Below, piece by piece: positions 49,371 to 61,240 of a stretch of 64,000 nt of DNA. A program made the translations under genes and the position numbers. This DNA comes from Lama glama (lineage: Eukaryota), in the NCBI GenBank assembly GCA_028534125.1, contig CM052830.1:20026001-20090000 (forward strand), written 5' to 3'. The stretch's first letter is position 1. Each line of letters begins with the position of its first letter. Under the pieces are notes generated by a model. That model was not told where the DNA came from. It saw only the letters and a list, made by a program, of their open reading frames with translations, and did no database searches.

Positions 49371-52300
49371 GAAACATCCAAACAGGTCAAATTGCAGCAG
49401 CCCTTCCAGTCCATCTGAAATTACCCTTTGCCAGCCTCCCTCCCCTGTACCTCTGCAGGGGCCCAGCCCAGTCTGCCTCATACCCAGGGATGTGGGTAGA
49501 TGTCTGTGTCCCCTTTCAGAGCCCATCCAGGGAGGGGCCCACCTTGTCATCAGTATCCCCAGTACTCAGCCCAGGCCTCAGACCAGGAGATGACCCTGAA
49601 TGTGGAGTGAGCCTCAAGTGTAGGGCTCCAGGCAGTGAAGAGAAAGGCCAAGCAAGGCATGGTTCTTGGGAGCAGATGTCTAGGCCCTGGAAGCCGACAG
49701 AAGAGACTGATTGGCCAGAGTGGTCCCCAGTTCCCCCTAAAGGAGGCCTGAGCGGTCAGGGGTAACTTTACCCCCTCAAGTTACCCAAAGCCCAGCCCAG
49801 CCAACAACTTATCACTGAATTTGCTACAATGTAAAACACAAACATGGCAGGGTCAGAGCTTGGCTGGACAGGGAAACTAAGGGGGCCACACTGAGCACCA
49901 CCCCTTCCTAGTCAGCCGGTTTAGGGCAGGGAGTGACTGTCTTCCTAAGGGCAGCCAGTGGGGGTTGGGAGCACCTGGCTGGGATTTTTACCCCTGACAG
50001 CACAGATCAGGGGCTAAAGAGGTGCCCTGCTCTCTCCCTCCCCAAGGCTTGAGGCCCCATATGGAGGGCTCATCCTGCTGGAGTCAGTTGGGGTGGGGGC
50101 AGGGTGTGCAGAAGAATCAGGGTTCAAGCAGACTTTGAAGGCAGGGGTGGGGCCAAACAGACATCTGGCCATTCTCCAGCCACCTAGGAATCAACCAGGG
50201 CATCAATCAGGTCAACACACAGAAGGCAAAAGTCCAGAGGTCAGGGAGCCACAGGAGGACAAAGGGATAAAGAGGAGGGGAGAGGAAAAGAGAGAAAGAG
50301 AAATGACAGCTAAGAAAGACTGAATCAGTGAGAGCTGGCAGAAAGGAAGGGGTAGAGGCAGAGAGGGGCTGCCCCAGAGTGAAGCCAGCAAAGAGGCTGA
50401 GGGGCCACCACAGGACCCAGCAGGCCATCAGCAACCCCGAGCCCCTAGATGAGCTTTGGTCACTCCTGGGCAACAGCTCTCCCCACCTGAGGACCTCAGA
50501 GATCTGAGTGGCTCTGGGGATGAGTCCAGGCTGTCATCAGGCCTGGGCTGGGGGGAATGGTCACAGAGGCCTGCCTAGAGCTGACAGCTATTCTAGCCTC
50601 CTGTGTCTCAGGAAGACCACTTGGGGAGAAAGTGGTCCCTATAGCCACCAGACTCCATCCTCCACCCCCTGCACACTTAGACCAGGTGGGTAGCCCATTT
50701 ACCTCAGGCGAGTTCTTTGGCCCACACAGGAACTCCAGGATGGAGATCTCAGGAGAGTGGGAAGGGTTTGGGGGCCCAAACAGGAGGACAATGCCAGGAC
50801 CTGACCTAGAGTGCCAGGCTGGGGGTGAGGAAACTTCTCTGACTCCTAGAATGATACCAATATCCAAGTGCCAAGAATTGCAAACCATCAAGAAGAGCCC
50901 AGGCAGACTCTGGTACCAAATCTAGGAGGCAAAGGTTAATGAGGCTGGGGTCAAGCCAGGGAGAATCAGGCTGAGAATGGCTGTGCCCACGTCCCTGCCC
51001 ATCTGGAGAGGGTGTTGGTTACAGGCAGCAAGAGACCTGCCCTGGGGAGACCCCCCCAGCAGCAGGCCCCCAGAGCCCCACTGCCAGGTCAATAAAGAGG
51101 GTCTGAGGGCCCTCCTGCCCCCTCCCGCCCACACCAAAGACCAGGGTTAAAGGACACCTTCACAATGAAAGGGGCTGCCCTGAGACTGCAGCTCTCCTGC
51201 CTCAAAATCTTCCTCTGTGAAATGGAGAGGAAGTGTGCCCATGGCCCCTGCATTCTCACAAGGTGGTAGAGAGATTCTAGAGGGGTAATGGAAGTGGAAG
51301 GGAGCTCTAAGCCTGAAAGCTGGTCAAACAAGATATTACCATACCCCAGAGACCCAAATACTGACTGGTCCAACATCACATACCTCGACACAGCATCTAG
51401 GCTGAGAACAAGACTTCTAACCACACAGGCTCATACACTGAGTGCCAGGAAGGAGGGCACATGGACAAGGGCTGCTGGGGAACTCAACTGCTCCAACCCA
51501 GAATCCCAAGCTGGAAGGATCTGAGAGCAATCAAAGAAGGCTTCCCAGAGGAGGAATATGCCCCAGAAGCAAGGAGGATTTGGTAACAGGGAGGGGCCTG
51601 CAGGGGGCCTGACCTGACCCTTCCTTGGGCCTCTCAGTCCTGGGGACAAAGGGCTGCCTCCTTTTCAGAGGTACCATCCTGGACCACATCTCCCCAACCT
51701 ATCTTCTACTGTGAGGAGGGCTGGAGGGGAAGGGGGAGGAGGAGGTGAGGAGCTAGGGGGAAAGGGTGTCTAGGAAGTTCCTTGAAGCAGTAAGCAGTGG
51801 ACAGGAAGACTGTGAGAGGATACTCCAAGAAGAGGGGGGCGGGGGGAATACAGGGAGCGGGGTACAACACAGCCACAACCTCATCACACAGACTGAAGCA
51901 CGCAGAAGCATGGCTCCAAGCAAAGCAGGGATAGGGAGCGGCAGTGCATCAGGCTGAGGGCCTAGAGGTTTCCCCTGTAATCTCTAGCATTTTGGGAGCT
52001 CCTGGGGGCCTGTACTAATGCACCTTTCGGGCAATTCCCTTCTTCCAGCCGCCTGTCCCACGGAGCAGAAGGCTTAAGGACACATACACACAGGGGCACG
52101 TCTCCCAACTCCCCCCAACTCAAGCCCGGTGTCCTCAGCCTGGCTGCAAAGACGACCTCGCGGCCCCTGGGCCTGGAAGCTGTCTCCGCGCAGTCCCGCC
52201 CGACCCTGGCAGGGTCATAGCAGTCCGGCGCCCGGAGCTGCTCCAGAGAGGCGCCTTGGGGCTGGACCGGTGTCCCAGAGAGCCGGTGGCTGAGCTGACC

Positions 52301-52727
52301 GGGTGGTAGAGGCACACCCCTTGGCCCGCCGGGCGGCACAACCCGCGCCCCCTCCTCATTCCTCCCTCGCGTTCTCTTCTAGAAAGGCCAGAGTTCCACC
52401 ATAAAAGCGCCTCCATCCCCTGCCTCCGCATGCAAAGTTGCTCCAAGTCGCCCGGGTTCTGGCGGCATGCGAGGGTTAGGCGGTGCCGCGCAGCGGGCGG
52501 GAGCGCGGTCAACGACTAGGGTGCCGAGCGCGCCCGTCCCCAGCTCCGCGCGTGCACGCCCCCCACCTGCGCGCACCCAACACCCCACCCCCATCCGCTG
52601 CCCCCGAGGCTCCCGCCCAATCAGAGGCCGCGCACGCGGCGCCGCCGGCGGGCAGACACCCCAGCTCCGTGGCCTGCGCCCCGGCCGCCCTGGCCCCGCC
52701 GCAGCGTCCCGGCCTGGCCACACTCAC

Positions 52728-52880
52728 CGTCCCGGGCGCGCATTCCGCGCGCGGCTCCACTCCAGGGCCGCATTCCCCGTCTCGGCTCCGCTCCGGTTCC
52801 CGCTCCGACTCGAGTTCCCGCTCCGCAGGGCTCGGCTCCGAGATGGTGGCCGCGGCAACGAGCGAGGCAGGGAGGGCGTG
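52728..52880 (-). other. Probable first (largely untranslated) exon of a large minus-strand gene; 5' boundary uncertain
   Basis: Minus strand reads ...GCGCGCCCGGGACG|GTGAGTGTGG (plus-strand ACTCAC at 52722-52727), a strong U2 donor inside the CpG island. No recognisable coding exon in the 52 kb downstream. Confidence 0.65.
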
Positions 52881-52883
52881 AGG

Positions 52884-52897
52884 GTGTGTGTGCGCGC

Positions 52898-52928
<31 letters not shown>

Positions 52929-52931
52929 TAT
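52884..52931. repeat. Alternating purine-pyrimidine tract (TG)4(CG)10(TG)8, Z-DNA-prone
   Basis: Read directly: gtgtgtgtg-(cg)x10 (52893-52912)-tgtgtgtgtgtgtgtgta. Confidence 0.95.
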
Positions 52932-53811
52932 CCGCGCGCGCTGTGTGCGTGTGCGCGGGAGGGCCCCGCGCTCCCCTGCGCGCCCTACTCCTGCCTCCTG
53001 CTCTCCACGCTGCGATGCCAGCAGAATCCCCAACGCGCGCTCCCACCCGCCTGGGCGCTCACACACGCGCACGCCCGGGCGCGCACACACCCCCGCTGCC
53101 GCCGCACACCCGGCTCCTCACTCCCGACTCTCGCCCTCCTGAGGCGCTCACGAAAGGCCCCCTGGCCCCGGCCCGCCGGAGTCCCCAGAGGGCGGCCCGT
53201 GGGGCCTGAGGAGTGGCTCTGCGTCCGCTACCAGGTTGGCCCCGCCTCAGGTCACCGGCTGCTCCCAGAGGGGGTCCCTGCGGGCGTCCCTGCTTCTTCA
53301 CCGCGCCCAGCCGGACCGCGGCCGAGCTCTCAGCCTGCTCACTGGCCGGCGCACCCAACTCCGGTCTCCGGCGCTCCCACCCCGAGGCGCCGGCTCTCTC
53401 TTCCTCGCCTGCGCCGCCTCCCGCCGCAGCGTGCTCTCTCGCTCCTTTCTTTCCCCCTATTCTGTCACTGCCTTTTCTTTTATCTCCTCTTCTTTCTCCC
53501 ACCTGCACCCGCCCCGATCTCCGTCCTCTGTCTTTCCCGCTGCCTCGAGGTCTATCTTGCCGACGCCCTCTCTTGCGCCTCCTCCTCCCCACCGCCCTGC
53601 GCTGGCTCACACATCCTCCGCATTACATAGGGTGTAGCCCGCGGGTCGCCGGGCCCAGGGTTCGAGCGCGCAGTGGGAGGCGAAGAGACCCGCCGCGCCC
53701 GGGCCCCGCCGCCCCCTCCGCTCTCCGGTCGCTCCGCGGATCCAAGCTCCGGCCTCGCGGGCGACGACGTCCCGCGCTAGCCTCGGCTGTCGCTGACAGC
53801 TCCCATCTTGC

Positions 53812-54311
53812 NNNNNNNNNNNNNNNNNNNNNNNNNNNNNNNNNNNNNNNNNNNNNNNNNNNNNNNNNNNNNNNNNNNNNNNNNNNNNNNNNNNNNNNNN
53901 NNNNNNNNNNNNNNNNNNNNNNNNNNNNNNNNNNNNNNNNNNNNNNNNNNNNNNNNNNNNNNNNNNNNNNNNNNNNNNNNNNNNNNNNNNNNNNNNNNNN
54001 NNNNNNNNNNNNNNNNNNNNNNNNNNNNNNNNNNNNNNNNNNNNNNNNNNNNNNNNNNNNNNNNNNNNNNNNNNNNNNNNNNNNNNNNNNNNNNNNNNNN
54101 NNNNNNNNNNNNNNNNNNNNNNNNNNNNNNNNNNNNNNNNNNNNNNNNNNNNNNNNNNNNNNNNNNNNNNNNNNNNNNNNNNNNNNNNNNNNNNNNNNNN
54201 NNNNNNNNNNNNNNNNNNNNNNNNNNNNNNNNNNNNNNNNNNNNNNNNNNNNNNNNNNNNNNNNNNNNNNNNNNNNNNNNNNNNNNNNNNNNNNNNNNNN
54301 NNNNNNNNNNN
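53812..54311. other. Assembly gap (500 N) at the edge of the CpG island
   Basis: Run of N; the round length suggests a placeholder or estimated size. Confidence 0.99.
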
Positions 54312-55350
54312 TGAGCAGCACTACTCTCTGCCATGTGGGAGGCTCTCTTCTCTGAGTTATAATTTCTGCTTCTGAACCTGATTTATCTTATTAAGGACCC
54401 ATCCTAAGGAAGCTGGGATGGCCCTGCAGGACCTGTCCCCAGGTCAGCAGGGCCAGGCCAGCTTGTCGGAACACCTGGGTCAATCCACAGTTCTGTCACA
54501 TCAGCTTTTTCTACAATAATCACACCTACCTGTCCGTGGGGAAGTGCATTGCATCCACAAGCCTATCCTGTGTGCCTTCTCAGTGAAGGCACGCTATAGC
54601 CAAGGGAAGTGGGAACAAGGATTATCTTCATTTTATAGATAAAGAAACTGAGGCACAAGGTTATGGCCAGTATGGACACTGGAGACCTGCAGTCCAGCAG
54701 TCACATGGTGGAGGATGGTGCCAGGGGTAGCAAGAGTGGAGGATACTGGGGATCTGAGCAGATAGATGACCCTGCTTAGTACTGAGAGGTGAGGTTGGAA
54801 TTGCAGTTTGGAAGGCCAGTGGGGCAGGAGGAGTTTGGGGACCCGGCAGTGTGTGTGTACAACTCGGGGAATAGGTCTACACTTCAGCTCCCACTCACAG
54901 ATGGTGTGTTCTGTGCCAGGCCCTGTGGGGCTGTCCTCGGAGGATTCACAGGCTGTGGCCAGACAGGCATGAGGACAACCACATCCACAGGAGAAGGCCA
55001 AGGTTCCAAGTTCTGGAGTGGGCACTGTCAATGTGGCCAATAGGATCACAGAACTAGGAGTTGGAAGCCCACAGGACCAGGCCCTGAGCCTCAGAGGAAA
55101 GGAGGGGACCTCCTGCACTTACCGGGGCTGGCATCAGTTGGATCTGGCTCTCCCAAAGAGGCCCTGGAATGACGGCCCTTGAAAGATGCATAGGAATTCA
55201 CTGCCTAAGAGAGGGGTCCTCGGGAGGGGGGAGCACAGGGACGGCAGGGCGGGGGACCCCTCTGAGCCCTCAGCACCTGCCAGCCCAGGCTTGGCCACTG
55301 CAGGGATTCCGAGAGTATGTGCTGGCCACATGGATGGTACTTGAATGACA

Positions 55351-55426
55351 GAAGGGAGGGAAGAAAGGAAGAAGGAAGGAAGGAAGGAAGGAAGGAAGGA
55401 AGGAAGGAAGGAAGGAAGGCAGGCAG
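55351..55426. repeat. (GGAA)n polypurine microsatellite
   Basis: 12 perfect GAAG units at 55371-55418 within a longer purine run. Confidence 0.96.
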
Positions 55427-55429
55427 GTG

Positions 55430-55820
55430 AGGGGGAAGGAAGGAACTTCCTACAGACAGAAAAATGAAGCATCCGCACTGTCAAGGGAGGAGCAGAATAG
55501 CCAGCGGGGTGCACTGGTGAGGAGGCGCCGGGCAGGGGATCAGGGCTGGGTCACCATGGTCCTTGAATGCCTCGGGAGGATAATTGGACTTCGAAGGGTT
55601 TTGAGGGGAGACAGATGCTCAGATCTGAATTTGTGGGCACTTCCTCCAGCTCCTACAGGGAAGATGGATGGAGTGGGTGAATCTGGAGGTTGAAGCCTGG
55701 AAAGGAGGCTGTGGGGTACATCTTCAGGTAAGGAGATGAGGGGGTGGAGAGGTCCAAAGGTAGATACTTAAAAATTCAAGACTTGGGAGTATCTGGCTGT
55801 GGAGGTGAGGAAAGGAGGGG
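55430..55820 (-). mobile_element. L2 fragment
   Basis: ggtccttgaatgcc...gaagggttttgaggggagacagatgctcagatctgaattt...ggaggctgtgggg...gtaaggagatgagggg. Confidence 0.7.
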
Positions 55821-56309
55821 CCCTGAGGCCTTTTAAACAAAGTGACTGCTCTCTGCTATGAGTTGACCCCGCCAGGCTTCATGACCTTGTTCCAGGGAAC
55901 CCTCGCACTGACCTCTCTCAACTGTCTGCAGTGGACAGGGGGCACAGGGTGCACTACGCAGATCCCCTGCAGGCTGAAGCACTCCTCCCTGCAGCTGGGA
56001 GTGTTGAGGCAGGCCGGCCACAGATGAGCACCTGTCCTTCAGCTGAATAGAGTCTCCCTGCCCGAGGCCTTGCCCTTCCTTGGGCAGCTGCATCTAACAA
56101 CTGGTCAAAGCAAGGGATAAAGGCCTGACCTCTTTCCCCAACTCAGGACAACCCCACAAAGAGAGCTCAGGTCCAGAGATCCCCACGGCTCTGTGCTGTA
56201 ACTGCATCACAGCCCAGCTTCCCTCTCTGCCCCATCCTGCTTCCCTTAATCCCTTCCCGCCAAGGGTGTTGATCCGGGTAAAACTCTTGCGCGCTCATCT
56301 CCCTCCACA

Positions 56310-56430
56310 TGCAGGTATTATCATCCCCACTTTACTTATAAGGAAATTGGGGCTGAGAGATGTTAAGTAACTTGCCCATGGCTGCACAGCTGGTAAGTGG
56401 CAGATCAGGGGCTGGCTGGGAAGGGAAGAG
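56310..56430 (-). mobile_element. MIR fragment
   Basis: ggtattatcatccccactttacttataaggaaattggggctgagagatgttaagtaacttgcccatggctgcacagctggtaagtggcaga. Confidence 0.9.
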
Positions 56431-57629
56431 GCCAGGGATCCTGGCTGGCTGGGGCAGGGGGATGGGGTTGGGGTCAGTCTCCAGGGAAGGCGAGTTCAAC
56501 CCATGGGCCAGCACTAGAACCAGGAGGGACTTATTCCTTCTACCTCTCTCTCCTTATTCCACAGATGGAGAAACTGAGATGGGAGAAGCGACAAGACTTG
56601 CCCAGGCTTATAATGTCAATTAATGATGGCCTCATGAGTATTCCCTAGGGTTCTGCCTCCCAGCCCAGCACAGGTGTTCCCTCGGACCAAACTGATATTC
56701 TCTTCCAGCCTGCCCACCTTTCCAAGCCTAACACGGGGTCTCAGGCTCAGAGACCTAGCTGGGTTGACCCTTACTCAATTTCTTAAGGTTGGAATAAGGT
56801 GCCTGTAGTTCCCCAAGGCTCACCGCAGAGATCTTTGCAGCAGCCTGAGCTGCCCAGCCCTGGCGTGAAGCTGGGAAGTACTGGGATGGGCAGGCAGGAT
56901 CTGACTGGCACAGTAGAGCAAACAGACGGGAAGGAAATCAATTTGAGTGTTTGATTAATTTTAATTTTTAATTTGCACAGAGAGTAATGCACCCCATTTG
57001 ACACTGCATACTCACTGCAAGCTGCTGGCATTTGCCATTGCTGCCACCACTGCAGCCTGGTGTGCCCAGCGGCTCCCTGCCCTTCTGTCAGGCGAGCCGG
57101 TCCCTCGCATGGCAGACTAGCCTTCTGCGATGCAAGGAGGATTTCCTCCAGGGACCTCTGCCCCTTCTGCCCAGGGGAAAAGTGTCTGGTAAGTCCCCTC
57201 TGTGTAAAGTGGGAGGGGACAAAGATGTGCTCCTTCCTGGGAAGAGACCAGTCAGGCAACATCTGTTCCAAAGTCAGGGTTGTGCCAATGGACTCTCAGG
57301 CATGGTGATGGACCAGTTTGAAGGGCAAGGGAGATTCTAGGTGCACATCAGCTCACAGGTGCTAAGTAATTGCCCAGGCCACCTACATTCAAGGGCAACC
57401 CTGTACCCAGAGTCAGATCTCTAGGACAATCTCAACTCTCATGTTTTGGGATTTTAAGGTGAGGGTCAAAACTCTGCTATCTCTTTGCTGATTTGGGATT
57501 TGATCACATACAGGGTGAGACAAGTTGGTCTGAACTAGGAGAGACTAAGTCCATCACACTCTGTAGCTCCTGGCCCTTCCTTCTCCCCACACCAGGCCTC
57601 ATATACTGAGAGCATCATCCTGTGGGGTT

Positions 57630-57720
57630 GAGAACAGAGACCCTGGAGTGATGCAGACCTAGTTGGAATCCTGGTTCTGCCACTTATTAGCTGTGTGACC
57701 TTGGGCAAGTCAAATAATCT
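57630..57720 (+). mobile_element. MIR 5' fragment
   Basis: cagacctagttggaatcctggttctgccacttattagctgtgtgaccttgggcaagtca. Confidence 0.88.
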
Positions 57721-59019
57721 TGCTGATCATGGCCTTCAAGGACCCCTTCAGACCTTACCCTCTCTTGGTATCTACAAAACACAACATTCAATGGCCTTCT
57801 CCAGGAAGCCCTCCCTGATTAAGCCTTCTCTTCTCCTCACTATTCCCAGCTGCTGGCTCTGCCCTGAACAGGAGTCCTCTCTGATCCCTCCTTGGCCCTC
57901 AGTAGCTTAACTGTGTGCACTGCACACTCTGCATGGAGTGATATGTGCCTTTGATGCAGATATCCCTGGTTCACATCCAAGCTCATCTCCATGCTGGCCG
58001 CTTAGGCCCATTTCTTGAGCACCTCAAATCCAGTGGACCCAACACTGAACTCACCATCCCTTTCTAAACTCACCCTTGCCTCTTTTTCTTCCCTATCTCA
58101 TTAAACACCACCACAATCGACTAATTGCTCAAGCCAGAGAGCTAGGAACCACTGAGACTCCTCTGCCAGCCTCATTCCCCACACCCTATTCTGCCCCAGG
58201 TCCTCCGTCCCCACCCTCCACTACCTACCCACTGATGGGGCAGGCAGAGGGGAGGAGAAGGATTCTCTGTGGCATTTACTCTACTGTGTGTCCGGGCTGG
58301 GAGAGCCTTCAAAGAACAGCCAGTCCTCCCTTCCCATTTTGCAGATGAGGACACTGGAACCCAAAAAGGGACAAAGGCCTGCCCTGGGCCTGATTTTGAG
58401 TTGCCCACAACAGAGCCACACAGAGAAGTGTGGCCCAGGTGGGCATCTCAGGGAGGTCGTGGTCAAGGCCAGGCCCTGTGACAGTAGCAGAAGGGAACCT
58501 AAAGGCCTTGAAGTCCTGGCTCACTCCACCCCACACCCCAGGCCCAAATGGCTCAGGGGAGGAATGAGGGGCTGGGGCTGTGTTCAGGTTTCCAGGCAGA
58601 ATGAATAACCCACTACTGAGAGCTCATGAAATTCAGACATTACTTCATGGCGACTCCACATTTTGGCCCTGGGAGCCCCACTTGGATGTGGCCAAAACAG
58701 CAAGCAAGGCGGGGCCTTAGCTGTGCCTGGAGCTAGTGGCAATTCTTTGTGTCCCCCTACCCGCACACCCAACTCTCACACTGCCAGAAATTCTGCCACT
58801 GCCTGCTCAAATGTAAATTAATGCATTCTGACCATTAGAAGAGCTGGTACCAGGGTGGGAGAGAGGGATGAAGAGGAGGCATCCAGTTAGAGATCCCAGG
58901 GAGGGAACCCAGGGTGCACAGGTGTGGCCCCTTTTACTGAGCACCCCCTGCATGCTGGGCACTGTGCTAAGTGCTTCCCAAGCTTCCTCCCTGCTGCTCC
59001 AAGGCCCCCTCCCTGTGAC

Positions 59020-59180
59020 CCAAGTGTCACTCAACCCCTCCCAGCCTCAGTTTCCTCTCCTGTAAATAAAATTAGCATTAATAGCTGTCTCTGGAGGCTG
59101 TTAAGTGATTAAATAAGAAAAGGTGTGTAAAATGCTTCTTACATTGCCTGACACAAAGTAGATGCTAATTAAATGATAAT
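59020..59180 (+). mobile_element. MIR fragment
   Basis: cagcctcagtttcctctcctgtaaa...gattaaataagaaaaggtgtgtaaaatgctt...gcctgacacaaagtagatgct. Confidence 0.82.
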
Positions 59181-60087
59181 TATAAATGAGATAATGCAAG
59201 TGATCAGGCCTAGAACCGGCTTGGTTCATGCTTGTCAAGTCTGAGCTGTTAATAAGATAAATGCTTCACCACTTGCCACTGGCATGGGGCAGAACTGGCG
59301 GTGGAGAGAGGGGTCTGCCCAGGGCTATGGGACAAAGGAGTGGTCTAGAAACCCAGAGCATTAATGCTAAGAAAAAGCATAGAGAAAGGGTGAAGCCACA
59401 GGAAATGGACCACCAGAGGCCAGAATCCACTCTTATCTTTTAAAAGCCTCTCTCTCTGAGGTTTGGGCCTGGATGAGCCAACTCTGAAGGTCCCCAAGTT
59501 TTCTGGATCGGACCAAGCCAGCAATCAAGAAGGGATGAGAACTTCACCCACCAGGAGGGAGAGGGGAATAACAGAGACACAAAATGAGACAGAGACATCA
59601 GGAAGACAGCCATGTGACAGCCACCACTACACAGCCCTCAAAGCATGCGTGCTTGGCCTTTGCCTACATTTTCTCATCTCATCCTCTGAGCAACCACGTC
59701 AAGGGCATTGTTTTGCCTGTACACAGACAAGGGGCTCCAGAAGACACAGGCCCAGGCAGTCAGGCTGCATGGAAACAAGAGGCCACTGACCTGCTGAATG
59801 ACTTAGGCAAGTCATGTTCCCAGAGCCCTAGGACCCAGGTCCCACCTATATGATGATTTCTCAGGATGAGCTTGTTCTGAGAAACCCAACTCTACATTCC
59901 ACCCACCCATGAGGAGTTTGGGTGCACTCTCCAGGGTCCTGAAGTATCTCTTCTGCCTTTAAGCAGTCTGGAGACCCCAAAGCTGACTTGGTTCGCTGGA
60001 CATGTTCCTTAAAACCAGGAAGATACATCAACATTTTGGATATGGACTGTTATCCTAAGCACTCGTGGGGAGCTATCTCTTAGATTC

Positions 60088-60117
60088 ATCACCACCACCA
60101 ACACCACCACCACCACC
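60088..60117. repeat. (CAC)n trinucleotide repeat, interrupted
   Basis: atcaccaccaccaacaccaccaccaccacc. Confidence 0.9.
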
Positions 60118-61074
60118 AAGGACAATGCTTTTTTGAAGTCCATGAATTGATGCACCTCTCCCTTCTCCCTGTGGGTGGCTCCATTCCCATTTGAATTTTC
60201 ATGTAAAGGATGTGCCTCAATGAGACGGGCTTGTCTGCAGCCCTGGAATCAGATGAGTGCAGCAGGAGGAGTTTAACCAGGTGCTCAGTAAATGTCATCG
60301 GCTGCCATCATCACAACCATAATCCTTATCTTCCCTGGGCAGCCCTCCCTCCTTCCAGGATAGCAACCACACCCAGATGTGCACCCCCATCTTGTGGCTC
60401 CAAGAGGCACACCCAGGGAGAAGGCAATGGTCTCCACTGCTGTGTGCAAAAGATGGCCAGACGGCAGCCTTTAAGGGAAGGGGGAGGAGGGCCCTCCTTT
60501 CAGAGGCTGCTCAGATCCTTTCTGTCCCAAAGCTCCCCATTGGGTGACCTGGAATAAACTTGTCCTACCTGTGCTTTCAAATCAAATCTGGGTAAAGGTC
60601 TGAGAGGGCCCCCTCAGTCCCTTGCCCACCATTCACAAGTCCTGATAGGGAAACCCCAGGAAGTGGCTCCAGGACCTGTAGATTTGGGGGCCATCTATTA
60701 CCTCCACACCCTGCTTCTTTGCCCCCCCCCCAGTTTCCCCATCTCAATGGGAAACCAAGCAGCCAGATTCTAGTGACCAAAGAAGGCAGTCTCTCCCTAT
60801 TAAAGAAAGGGGCCTAGCTCTTAAGGAAAGAGCTGTGTCCCCTCTACAAGGGTAGAGGATGGGGAAAGAGAAAGAGCTACACCGCTACCCTTTGCTCCCC
60901 TCCCACATGCTCCCAGTTACCCAAGCTTGGACGGGGCAGATTCTCAAAGCAGAGGCCCCTTACTCTTGTCATCACGTTCAGCCCCAACCAGCCAGGACCC
61001 TATTACTCAGTCTCCATTGCAGAGCAACTCTGCAGACTCCATTGCTGGGCCTGAGAACCCTCAACTCCTCCTTT

Positions 61075-61240
61075 CACAAACACTTATTATGTACCTACTT
61101 TGTGCCTGACCTGTGCCAGGCAATTCTCTTACACTTAATCCCTTTTGATCCTATGACAACCCATGGAAGTAGGTATTTTACAGGTGAGAAAACTGAGGCT
61201 TAGAGAGGTTAATTTATTTTCCTAATGTCACACAGCTGAG
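61075..61240 (-). mobile_element. MIR SINE
   Basis: cacttattatgtacctactttgtgcctg...ttttacaggtgagaaaactgaggcttagagaggtt...gtcacacagct. Confidence 0.9.

Larger units (their letters stand above)
52100..53811. promoter_or_regulatory. CpG island / GC-rich promoter, truncated by an assembly gap
   Basis: Abrupt rise in CpG density and GC content against a CpG-depleted background. Contains GC boxes (CCCGCC, CCCCGCC), CCAATCAG at ~52617 and a strong minus-strand splice donor. Runs directly into the N-gap at 53812. Confidence 0.92.

Noticed and set aside
52728-52880. Assigning a gene symbol such as LINGO1 or ATP2B2
   Set aside because: Only the architecture is suggestive; no coding sequence is present to support a name.
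52467-53630. 387-aa and other overlapping ORFs in the CpG island
   Set aside because: Arg/Pro/Ala/Gly-rich translations on both strands, including dinucleotide repeats; expected in CpG islands.
53213-54355. ORFs spanning N-gaps (also 22231-22953 and 27950-28270)
   Set aside because: Their length is an artefact of N runs translating without stops.
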